From Naegleria gruberi (taxonomy: Eukaryota), in NCBI GenBank assembly GCA_000004985.1, contig GG739066.1: a DNA stretch of 8,517 nucleotides; one strand, 5' to 3'. Positions 1 to 7,358 of the stretch are shown in pieces. The notes under the pieces were generated by a model. It was not told the DNA's origin and searched no databases. It was given only the letters and a program-made list of their open reading frames with translations. Every line of letters starts with the position of its first letter. Position 1 is the first letter of the stretch. A program made the translations under genes and the position numbers.

Positions 1-1043
1 GTGTGTCCTTGTTCAGCTAATGCTTGCGAAAGATTAATACTACCATAATATCTATCCAAAAAAAGACAATGTTTTTTTTCTAATTGGCTTGTGATGCCTG
101 ACACTAATTGAGGAACTGTCTCTTTGGAAATTGGAGCTCCTCTTACAAACTTTTTCCTCTTGCTTTGTGCAATGGCAGGGTCTTCTGGTTCTTCCATTGT
201 TCTTTTCATTAGTTGAGCATAAACAAGAAAACCATTCTTGTCAGCAATTGTATACAGCTTACACCCATTTTTCTCTGGTTTTTTTGGCATGAAAACATGG
301 TGAGGATTATTCCTCATCATCATACCAACCATTGATTCATCGAATGCAAGCACTGTTCCTGGTTGATAAACTTCTTTGGAATTTTTGTTAAAAAAAGACT
401 CCACCACATCAAAGTCAAACTTCAAACAAGCTGCCATTTCAGCAAACTTGTGATACTTCATTCTCGACTTGAAAAAAAGACCATCACCAGTTGCATCAAC
501 CGTTGGCATCCTCCAACAATCAACAATTTTAGTCCTTTTTTCCCCATTGCCCAATTTAAAGAGAAGACAAAGAAATGTTTTGAAATCTTTCTTCTTGAAA
601 GGTTTATTAAACCGTTTCAAGTAATTGTCTCTGCTTTTTTGATCATTCTTTGTTAAAGGTCTTCCTCTCTTTCCTTTCTCCGAACGAGCTTCAATTCTAT
701 GACGTCTTCTTTCATTCATTTGCTTCAACAAATACTTCTCTATTTCCGGAGTAAAGATTTTACTAAACATTGATAGTGGTGTAACTTCTTCCGTAGTGAA
801 GGTGAATTTTAAACTTCCCTCTTCTTCATTCGGAATAGGAGGAAGCTTGTCAGTTAATTCAAATGGTTTATCATTGATTTGTAATTGAAATAAATCTATC
901 CCTCTCATAACTTCGGCTTCTTCTGCAGAAATCTTGTCTGTGGACTCATCCGAACAGTCAGACTGAACATCCTCATCATCATTTAATTCAGGAACTTCGC
1001 TTACATCTTCATCATCATCATCAGACGTAAATTCAAAATCCAT
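1..1043 (-). CDS. piggyBac-family (DDE_Tnp_1_7) transposase, N-terminal ~347 codons; ORF is still open at position 1, so the C-terminal part lies outside the window
   Basis: Manual reverse-complement translation from the ATG (complement of 1041-1043) gives an uninterrupted reading frame to position 1: MDFEFTSDDDDEDVSEVPELNDDEDVQSDCSDEST...FTPEIEKYLLKQMNERRR...MKYHKFAEMAACLKFDFD...VLAFDESMVGMMMRNNPHHVFMPKKPEKNGCKLYTIADKNGFLVYAQL...HCLFLDRYYGSINLSQALAEQGH. From memory this is colinear with T. ni piggyBac transposase. The acidic N-terminus EDVQSD aligns with DDVQSD. AFDESMVG aligns with TIDEQLLG, containing catalytic D268 (codon at 339-341). HHVFMPKKPEKNGCKL aligns with CPFRMYIPNKPSKYGIKI. FLDRYYGS aligns with TCDNWFTS, containing catalytic D346 (codon at 55-57). 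It is missing from the supplied ORF track only because it has no stop inside the window. Confidence 0.85.
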   Translation of the reverse strand, partial: MDFEFTSDDDDEDVSEVPELNDDEDVQSDCSDESTDKISAEEAEVMRGIDLFQLQINDKPFELTDKLPPIPNEEEGSLKFTFTTEEVTPLSMFSKIFTPEIEKYLLKQMNERRRHRIEARSEKGKRGRPLTKNDQKSRDNYLKRFNKPFKKKDFKTFLCLLFKLGNGEKRTKIVDCWRMPTVDATGDGLFFKSRMKYHKFAEMAACLKFDFDVVESFFNKNSKEVYQPGTVLAFDESMVGMMMRNNPHHVFMPKKPEKNGCKLYTIADKNGFLVYAQLMKRTMEEPEDPAIAQSKRKKFVRGAPISKETVPQLVSGITSQLEKKHCLFLDRYYGSINLSQALAEQGH

Positions 1044-1045
1044 GA

Positions 1046-1105
1046 TGGTTTGAGTGTTATTGTTTACCTGGGTTGTTTGGGTTGTGTGTTGTGTATAATC
1101 TTGTG
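1046..1105. repeat. GT-rich low-complexity tract (CA-rich on the transposase strand) directly 5' of the transposase ATG
   Basis: Sequence gtttgagtgttattgtttacctgggttgtttgggttgtgtgttgtgtataatcttgtg contains repeated GGGTTGT / GTGTTGT motifs. Confidence 0.4.
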
Positions 1106-1208
1106 AAAGCATTTTTTTAAGGCCATCATTGTTTACCGTAATGTAAAGTTATTGTACAGTATTGAGGAGAAATAAATCTTAATGAATCTAGATTTTTCAA
1201 AAATTAAT

Positions 1209-1256
1209 GAGAGACGCAACTCGAGACGCAGCCTGACTAGGCTCCAGCGAGTTGTA
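1209..1256. repeat. GC-rich island with direct repeat GAGACGCA(N4)GAGACGCA (1211-1218 and 1223-1230), an XhoI-type CTCGAG palindrome, and a small hairpin gcct-gact-aggc
   Basis: Read directly from the sequence: gagacgcaactcgagacgcagcctgactaggctccagcgagttgtag. Its local GC content is far higher than the surrounding promoter, which is more than 75% AT. Confidence 0.5.
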
Positions 1257-1467
1257 GTGTTTTATTAAAGTCCTACAGAAATACTCCCTTTAATTCTTTC
1301 AAATCCACCCACATTATTAAATTATTAAACTTTCATAAATTCCTTGATAAATAAATATGAACATTTCTTTTCAAGTTGCACCTTTCAATTTAAAACATAT
1401 CAATTTTCAAATAATAGTTTTGTTACCACTTCACATGAAAAAATAAGAAAGCACACAGATCTTCAAA

Positions 1468-2025
1468 ATGGCAAGATCTCACAAACAGTGTCCAAGTGCT
1501 GTGGCAGGTTGTAAGTGCTGCTCCACTTTCGGAATTAAATATCACAGAGAAAAACATCTTTCACAACGATCTTCAAAGAGAAAAACAAAGGAATTTCTCA
1601 ATGATTCATCACGACACATTTCCGATGCCTTGCCATCGAGAGAATATGTTCATTCTGATGTGAGATTGGTTCGACATGTGGAGAAGTATGTGGATTTGAA
1701 AGATTATCTCTCCTACCTGGAATGTTATGATGAGGAGAGGAATGAAGGCCTTAGGAACATTGAAAAACAAGTAAAGAATGAAATGATGGAAGAGTGGAAA
1801 CTAATGAAACCATCCCATGTTGTAAAAAAGGCAATTAAAAAATTAGAACGAGAAGGAGAGTTTACAATTTTCGACAATCAGGAAATTGAACTTCCCAAAG
1901 AATGTAAAAAGAGAATAGTCACTTGGGAAAATCAAGCTAGACAAATCATACGTGAAGCCAAAAAATATGAGCAAACTGGCTCACTAAGTTCATTCAATTC
2001 CTACAGGATTGTGATGAAAAAATAA
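1468..2025 (+). CDS. Hypothetical 185-aa protein with an N-terminal Cys/His cluster (C8, C15-x2-C18-x7-H26-x3-H30), a basic stretch, and a coiled-coil-like Glu/Lys-rich C-terminal half
   Basis: Complete ATG-to-TAA ORF from the track. The start context is ttcaaaATGG. The AATAAA at 2021-2026 overlaps the stop codon. Codon usage is A/T-rich in the third position like the neighbouring genes. I do not recognise a homolog from memory. Confidence 0.5.
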   Translation: MARSHKQCPSAVAGCKCCSTFGIKYHREKHLSQRSSKRKTKEFLNDSSRHISDALPSREYVHSDVRLVRHVEKYVDLKDYLSYLECYDEERNEGLRNIEKQVKNEMMEEWKLMKPSHVVKKAIKKLEREGEFTIFDNQEIELPKECKKRIVTWENQARQIIREAKKYEQTGSLSSFNSYRIVMKK

Positions 2026-2026
2026 A
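2021..2026 (+). promoter_or_regulatory. Putative polyadenylation signal AATAAA overlapping the stop codon of the 185-aa ORF
   Basis: Sequence atgaaaaaATAAAtg. TAA occupies 2023-2025 inside the AATAAA at 2021-2026. Confidence 0.3.
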
Positions 2027-2236
2027 TGTACTTTACAATGAAACTCTTCAATTCAACAACATTAGCTCAATGTTATTCTCATCAAGATTTATCTGAGAGA
2101 AAATCTCAAGTTAGTAACAAATGGAATAAATGCGCACGTACAAACCTTCCTTACCGATAGAAAAATCGAAATGCTTCGGGTTTGCAAATTGCAAAAAACC
2201 AAATAAATAGAATGAACATGTCGAGTGATGAAAGAA

Positions 2237-5200
2237 NNNNNNNNNNNNNNNNNNNNNNNNNNNNNNNNNNNNNNNNNNNNNNNNNNNNNNNNNNNNNNNN
2301 NNNNNNNNNNNNNNNNNNNNNNNNNNNNNNNNNNNNNNNNNNNNNNNNNNNNNNNNNNNNNNNNNNNNNNNNNNNNNNNNNNNNNNNNNNNNNNNNNNNN
2401 NNNNNNNNNNNNNNNNNNNNNNNNNNNNNNNNNNNNNNNNNNNNNNNNNNNNNNNNNNNNNNNNNNNNNNNNNNNNNNNNNNNNNNNNNNNNNNNNNNNN
2501 NNNNNNNNNNNNNNNNNNNNNNNNNNNNNNNNNNNNNNNNNNNNNNNNNNNNNNNNNNNNNNNNNNNNNNNNNNNNNNNNNNNNNNNNNNNNNNNNNNNN
2601 NNNNNNNNNNNNNNNNNNNNNNNNNNNNNNNNNNNNNNNNNNNNNNNNNNNNNNNNNNNNNNNNNNNNNNNNNNNNNNNNNNNNNNNNNNNNNNNNNNNN
2701 NNNNNNNNNNNNNNNNNNNNNNNNNNNNNNNNNNNNNNNNNNNNNNNNNNNNNNNNNNNNNNNNNNNNNNNNNNNNNNNNNNNNNNNNNNNNNNNNNNNN
2801 NNNNNNNNNNNNNNNNNNNNNNNNNNNNNNNNNNNNNNNNNNNNNNNNNNNNNNNNNNNNNNNNNNNNNNNNNNNNNNNNNNNNNNNNNNNNNNNNNNNN
2901 NNNNNNNNNNNNNNNNNNNNNNNNNNNNNNNNNNNNNNNNNNNNNNNNNNNNNNNNNNNNNNNNNNNNNNNNNNNNNNNNNNNNNNNNNNNNNNNNNNNN
3001 NNNNNNNNNNNNNNNNNNNNNNNNNNNNNNNNNNNNNNNNNNNNNNNNNNNNNNNNNNNNNNNNNNNNNNNNNNNNNNNNNNNNNNNNNNNNNNNNNNNN
3101 NNNNNNNNNNNNNNNNNNNNNNNNNNNNNNNNNNNNNNNNNNNNNNNNNNNNNNNNNNNNNNNNNNNNNNNNNNNNNNNNNNNNNNNNNNNNNNNNNNNN
3201 NNNNNNNNNNNNNNNNNNNNNNNNNNNNNNNNNNNNNNNNNNNNNNNNNNNNNNNNNNNNNNNNNNNNNNNNNNNNNNNNNNNNNNNNNNNNNNNNNNNN
3301 NNNNNNNNNNNNNNNNNNNNNNNNNNNNNNNNNNNNNNNNNNNNNNNNNNNNNNNNNNNNNNNNNNNNNNNNNNNNNNNNNNNNNNNNNNNNNNNNNNNN
3401 NNNNNNNNNNNNNNNNNNNNNNNNNNNNNNNNNNNNNNNNNNNNNNNNNNNNNNNNNNNNNNNNNNNNNNNNNNNNNNNNNNNNNNNNNNNNNNNNNNNN
3501 NNNNNNNNNNNNNNNNNNNNNNNNNNNNNNNNNNNNNNNNNNNNNNNNNNNNNNNNNNNNNNNNNNNNNNNNNNNNNNNNNNNNNNNNNNNNNNNNNNNN
3601 NNNNNNNNNNNNNNNNNNNNNNNNNNNNNNNNNNNNNNNNNNNNNNNNNNNNNNNNNNNNNNNNNNNNNNNNNNNNNNNNNNNNNNNNNNNNNNNNNNNN
3701 NNNNNNNNNNNNNNNNNNNNNNNNNNNNNNNNNNNNNNNNNNNNNNNNNNNNNNNNNNNNNNNNNNNNNNNNNNNNNNNNNNNNNNNNNNNNNNNNNNNN
3801 NNNNNNNNNNNNNNNNNNNNNNNNNNNNNNNNNNNNNNNNNNNNNNNNNNNNNNNNNNNNNNNNNNNNNNNNNNNNNNNNNNNNNNNNNNNNNNNNNNNN
3901 NNNNNNNNNNNNNNNNNNNNNNNNNNNNNNNNNNNNNNNNNNNNNNNNNNNNNNNNNNNNNNNNNNNNNNNNNNNNNNNNNNNNNNNNNNNNNNNNNNNN
4001 NNNNNNNNNNNNNNNNNNNNNNNNNNNNNNNNNNNNNNNNNNNNNNNNNNNNNNNNNNNNNNNNNNNNNNNNNNNNNNNNNNNNNNNNNNNNNNNNNNNN
4101 NNNNNNNNNNNNNNNNNNNNNNNNNNNNNNNNNNNNNNNNNNNNNNNNNNNNNNNNNNNNNNNNNNNNNNNNNNNNNNNNNNNNNNNNNNNNNNNNNNNN
4201 NNNNNNNNNNNNNNNNNNNNNNNNNNNNNNNNNNNNNNNNNNNNNNNNNNNNNNNNNNNNNNNNNNNNNNNNNNNNNNNNNNNNNNNNNNNNNNNNNNNN
4301 NNNNNNNNNNNNNNNNNNNNNNNNNNNNNNNNNNNNNNNNNNNNNNNNNNNNNNNNNNNNNNNNNNNNNNNNNNNNNNNNNNNNNNNNNNNNNNNNNNNN
4401 NNNNNNNNNNNNNNNNNNNNNNNNNNNNNNNNNNNNNNNNNNNNNNNNNNNNNNNNNNNNNNNNNNNNNNNNNNNNNNNNNNNNNNNNNNNNNNNNNNNN
4501 NNNNNNNNNNNNNNNNNNNNNNNNNNNNNNNNNNNNNNNNNNNNNNNNNNNNNNNNNNNNNNNNNNNNNNNNNNNNNNNNNNNNNNNNNNNNNNNNNNNN
4601 NNNNNNNNNNNNNNNNNNNNNNNNNNNNNNNNNNNNNNNNNNNNNNNNNNNNNNNNNNNNNNNNNNNNNNNNNNNNNNNNNNNNNNNNNNNNNNNNNNNN
4701 NNNNNNNNNNNNNNNNNNNNNNNNNNNNNNNNNNNNNNNNNNNNNNNNNNNNNNNNNNNNNNNNNNNNNNNNNNNNNNNNNNNNNNNNNNNNNNNNNNNN
4801 NNNNNNNNNNNNNNNNNNNNNNNNNNNNNNNNNNNNNNNNNNNNNNNNNNNNNNNNNNNNNNNNNNNNNNNNNNNNNNNNNNNNNNNNNNNNNNNNNNNN
4901 NNNNNNNNNNNNNNNNNNNNNNNNNNNNNNNNNNNNNNNNNNNNNNNNNNNNNNNNNNNNNNNNNNNNNNNNNNNNNNNNNNNNNNNNNNNNNNNNNNNN
5001 NNNNNNNNNNNNNNNNNNNNNNNNNNNNNNNNNNNNNNNNNNNNNNNNNNNNNNNNNNNNNNNNNNNNNNNNNNNNNNNNNNNNNNNNNNNNNNNNNNNN
5101 NNNNNNNNNNNNNNNNNNNNNNNNNNNNNNNNNNNNNNNNNNNNNNNNNNNNNNNNNNNNNNNNNNNNNNNNNNNNNNNNNNNNNNNNNNNNNNNNNNNN

Positions 5201-6328
5201 NNNNNNNNNNNNNNNNNNNNNNNNNNNNNNNNNNNNNNNNNNNNNNNNNNNNNNNNNNNNNNNNNNNNNNNNNNNNNNNNNNNNNNNNNNNNNNNNNNNN
5301 NNNNNNNNNNNNNNNNNNNNNNNNNNNNNNNNNNNNNNNNNNNNNNNNNNNNNNNNNNNNNNNNNNNNNNNNNNNNNNNNNNNNNNNNNNNNNNNNNNNN
5401 NNNNNNNNNNNNNNNNNNNNNNNNNNNNNNNNNNNNNNNNNNNNNNNNNNNNNNNNNNNNNNNNNNNNNNNNNNNNNNNNNNNNNNNNNNNNNNNNNNNN
5501 NNNNNNNNNNNNNNNNNNNNNNNNNNNNNNNNNNNNNNNNNNNNNNNNNNNNNNNNNNNNNNNNNNNNNNNNNNNNNNNNNNNNNNNNNNNNNNNNNNNN
5601 NNNNNNNNNNNNNNNNNNNNNNNNNNNNNNNNNNNNNNNNNNNNNNNNNNNNNNNNNNNNNNNNNNNNNNNNNNNNNNNNNNNNNNNNNNNNNNNNNNNN
5701 NNNNNNNNNNNNNNNNNNNNNNNNNNNNNNNNNNNNNNNNNNNNNNNNNNNNNNNNNNNNNNNNNNNNNNNNNNNNNNNNNNNNNNNNNNNNNNNNNNNN
5801 NNNNNNNNNNNNNNNNNNNNNNNNNNNNNNNNNNNNNNNNNNNNNNNNNNNNNNNNNNNNNNNNNNNNNNNNNNNNNNNNNNNNNNNNNNNNNNNNNNNN
5901 NNNNNNNNNNNNNNNNNNNNNNNNNNNNNNNNNNNNNNNNNNNNNNNNNNNNNNNNNNNNNNNNNNNNNNNNNNNNNNNNNNNNNNNNNNNNNNNNNNNN
6001 NNNNNNNNNNNNNNNNNNNNNNNNNNNNNNNNNNNNNNNNNNNNNNNNNNNNNNNNNNNNNNNNNNNNNNNNNNNNNNNNNNNNNNNNNNNNNNNNNNNN
6101 NNNNNNNNNNNNNNNNNNNNNNNNNNNNNNNNNNNNNNNNNNNNNNNNNNNNNNNNNNNNNNNNNNNNNNNNNNNNNNNNNNNNNNNNNNNNNNNNNNNN
6201 NNNNNNNNNNNNNNNNNNNNNNNNNNNNNNNNNNNNNNNNNNNNNNNNNNNNNNNNNNNNNNNNNNNNNNNNNNNNNNNNNNNNNNNNNNNNNNNNNNNN
6301 NNNNNNNNNNNNNNNNNNNNNNNNNNNN
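2237..6328. other. Assembly gap: 4,092 consecutive N
   Basis: Uninterrupted n run. The long X-filled ORFs in the track are artefacts of translating N. Confidence 0.97.
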
Positions 6329-6778
6329 ATTGCACGAACCCAACGTCACCAAGTGGGAGGAGCTATCCATCCATTAATGTTTGTAAATAGAGACTTTGAT
6401 GACAGAGATTATGAAATGCTTCTAGCTTTGGATGATAATGTTGAAAAGGCATCAAAAAAGACAGCAGCCTCTGTTGTTGGAAAATTACCAATTGTACATA
6501 TTGAAGAGAAGGAATGCACTTGTAGTATTTGTTTGGAAGATTTAGAAGTTGGATCGTTTGCTAGTGAAATACCTTTTTGTAATCACAAATTTCATACAGA
6601 ATGTATAGAGAAATGGTTGAAAGATTATGGACATACTTGCCCTGTTTGTAAACAAGAAGTTACAGAGATTGATTTTAATCATGCAAAGATCATCAAGGAA
6701 GAAGTCAATAATAAGAGAAAAGGTTTCTCAAATAAGAATGTTACAGAATCCAGATTCAAAAAGAAGAAGGTTGAATAA
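6329..6778 (+). CDS. RING-H2 E3 ubiquitin ligase, C-terminal fragment (RNF38/RNF44/Arkadia-like tail); the 5' part of the gene is inside the gap
   Basis: The frame is open from the first base after the gap to the TAA at 6776-6778. Translation: ...DYEMLLALDDNVEKASKKTAASVVGKLPIVHIEE-KECTCSICLEDLEVGSFASEIPF-CNH-KFH-TEC-IEKWLKDYGHT-CPVC. This is a perfect RING-H2 spacing: C-x2-C-x15-C-x1-H-x2-H-x2-C-x11-C-x2-C. The DYE-LLAL-D plus LP motif preceding the RING is typical of this E3 subfamily. Confidence 0.8.
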   Translation: MARTQRHQVGGAIHPLMFVNRDFDDRDYEMLLALDDNVEKASKKTAASVVGKLPIVHIEEKECTCSICLEDLEVGSFASEIPFCNHKFHTECIEKWLKDYGHTCPVCKQEVTEIDFNHAKIIKEEVNNKRKGFSNKNVTESRFKKKKVE

Positions 6779-6779
6779 A
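6774..6779 (+). promoter_or_regulatory. Putative polyadenylation signal AATAAA overlapping the RING gene stop codon
   Basis: Sequence gttgAATAAAagg. TAA occupies 6776-6778 inside the AATAAA. Confidence 0.3.
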
Positions 6780-6820
6780 AGGATTAAAATTTCAAATATA
6801 TATTTTACAATCATTTACAA

Positions 6821-7210
6821 TTATTGTTCCTTCTTGGCAGCTTCTAGAATTGATTCCAAAGTCTTCCTTTCAGGTATAATATCCTCAAGAAAATCAAAAT
6901 AATCTTGACTTTTAACAGCCTCCGATAAATCGTTATAATTTACGGTTTTTCTATTGTCTCTAATTGTATTCTTCAATGATTCTCTAGCTAAATGTTCAAT
7001 TAATTTTTCTGCAGCTTTGGAAACCAAAACAACAGCTTCTTGTGAGATTGTTCGAACATCAGCATCACTTTTCATTATTCTCCTCACTCTTGCAACAGGC
7101 ATATCTACAATTTGTCTGATTGGTTGCTGTTGTTCCGATCCTGCAAAGGTCATTTGATAATTTGCATCCGAAGATGGTTGTAGGGAAGACGAAGATGGTG
7201 TATGATTCAT
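6821..7210 (-). CDS. Histone-fold protein, H2A-like CHRAC1 (CHRAC-15) / POLE4 / DPB3 family, 129 aa with a Ser/Gln-rich N-terminal extension
   Basis: The track ORF 6821..7270 begins at a GTG (complement of 7268-7270), and the first ATG is at 7208-7210 (MNHTPSSSS...). The core DMPVARVRRIMKSDADVRTISQEAVVLVSKAAEKLIEHLARESLKNTIRDNRKTVNYNDLSEAVKSQDYFDFLEDIIPE aligns, from memory, with human CHRAC1 LPLSRIRVIMKSSPEVSSINQEALVLTAKATELFVQCLATYSY...KKVLTYSDLANTAQQSETFQFLADILP, and with POLE4 and DRAP1. The 60 nt between the first ATG and the track's GTG start are AT-rich and look like leader rather than coding sequence. Confidence 0.8.
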   Translation of the reverse strand: MNHTPSSSSLQPSSDANYQMTFAGSEQQQPIRQIVDMPVARVRRIMKSDADVRTISQEAVVLVSKAAEKLIEHLARESLKNTIRDNRKTVNYNDLSEAVKSQDYFDFLEDIIPERKTLESILEAAKKEQ

Positions 7211-7358
7211 TTTTATTAATAATTTATAATTTATTAATAAATATTTAATTGAAATTGATGATCTCAACACATTTTAGCCTTGAATATTATTTTCTTTAAG
7301 ATTAAAATATTAACACTCATCATACATGTTATCACTCATCAAGAAAGAAATTAAAAAA
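7211..7358. promoter_or_regulatory. Bidirectional promoter region between the head-to-head histone-fold gene (-) and the PRORSD1-like gene (+)
   Basis: Only 115 bp separates the histone-fold ATG (7208-7210) from the first in-frame ATG of the + gene (7326), and 148 bp separates it from the homology-supported ATG (7359). The region is extremely AT-rich, with TATAAAT-like motifs on the minus strand about 20-30 bp upstream of the histone-fold ATG. A polypyrimidine-AG, tattattttctttaag, lies at 7286-7300. Confidence 0.4.

Larger units (their letters stand above)
1..1110 (-). mobile_element. Internal portion of a piggyBac-like element (PLE): transposase gene plus CA-rich 5' leader. Element ends were not identified in the window.
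   Basis: This is the transposase CDS plus its immediate upstream leader. I searched 1044-1467 for a GGG-TTAA (reverse complement of TTAA-CCYT) terminal inverted repeat and found none. The extent is therefore provisional. Confidence 0.45.
1044..1467. promoter_or_regulatory. Divergent intergenic/promoter region between the transposase (-) and the 185-aa ORF (+)
   Basis: The 424-bp AT-rich spacer lies between two start codons that face away from each other. A TAAATAAATAT element sits at about 1349-1359, roughly 110 bp upstream of the ATG at 1468. The region also contains a GC-rich island, listed as a separate feature. Confidence 0.35.

Noticed and set aside
363-656. 97-aa + strand ORF inside the transposase region
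   Set aside because: It lies antisense and entirely within the well-supported minus-strand piggyBac transposase frame. Its amino-acid composition is Phe/Ile/Lys-rich, which is typical of reading AT-rich coding DNA backwards.
1044-1467. Search for piggyBac terminal inverted repeat (GGG-TTAA on the + strand) and target-site TTAA
   Set aside because: TTAA sites exist at about 1117, 1316, 1324 and 1389, but none is preceded by the expected (A/G)GGG. I therefore did not annotate a terminal inverted repeat or an element boundary.
6376-6387. gtttgtaaatag: a possible 12-nt GT...AG micro-intron inside the RING fragment
   Set aside because: It is far too short for any known spliceosomal intron class. 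It is a multiple of 3, and reading through it gives sensible sequence (PLMFVNRDF) upstream of the conserved DYE-LLAL-D motif.
2111-6778. Four ORFs of about 1,400-1,500 aa in the supplied track (2111..6370-, 2151..6335-, 2182..6390+, 2225..6778+)
   Set aside because: They consist almost entirely of X translated from the N gap. Only the last 450 nt of 2225..6778 (6329-6778) is real coding sequence. The short resolved tails on the minus strand (e.g. ...FFHHSTCSFYLFGFLQFANPKHF...) are hydrophobic junk of about 40 codons.
6627-6902. 91-aa + ORF overlapping the RING gene's 3' end and the histone-fold gene
   Set aside because: It is out of frame with the RING CDS and antisense to the histone-fold CDS. 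It is Arg/Lys/Ser low-complexity, with no motif support.
6954-7157. 67-aa + ORF antisense to the histone-fold gene
   Set aside because: It lies fully inside the conserved minus-strand histone-fold CDS and has no independent support.
7211-7270. N-terminal extension MLRSSISIKYLLINYKLLIK on the histone-fold ORF, as given in the track
   Set aside because: The track's start codon is a GTG (complement of 7268-7270), not an ATG. The 60 nt are AT-rich leader-like sequence, so the ATG at 7208-7210 is the credible start.
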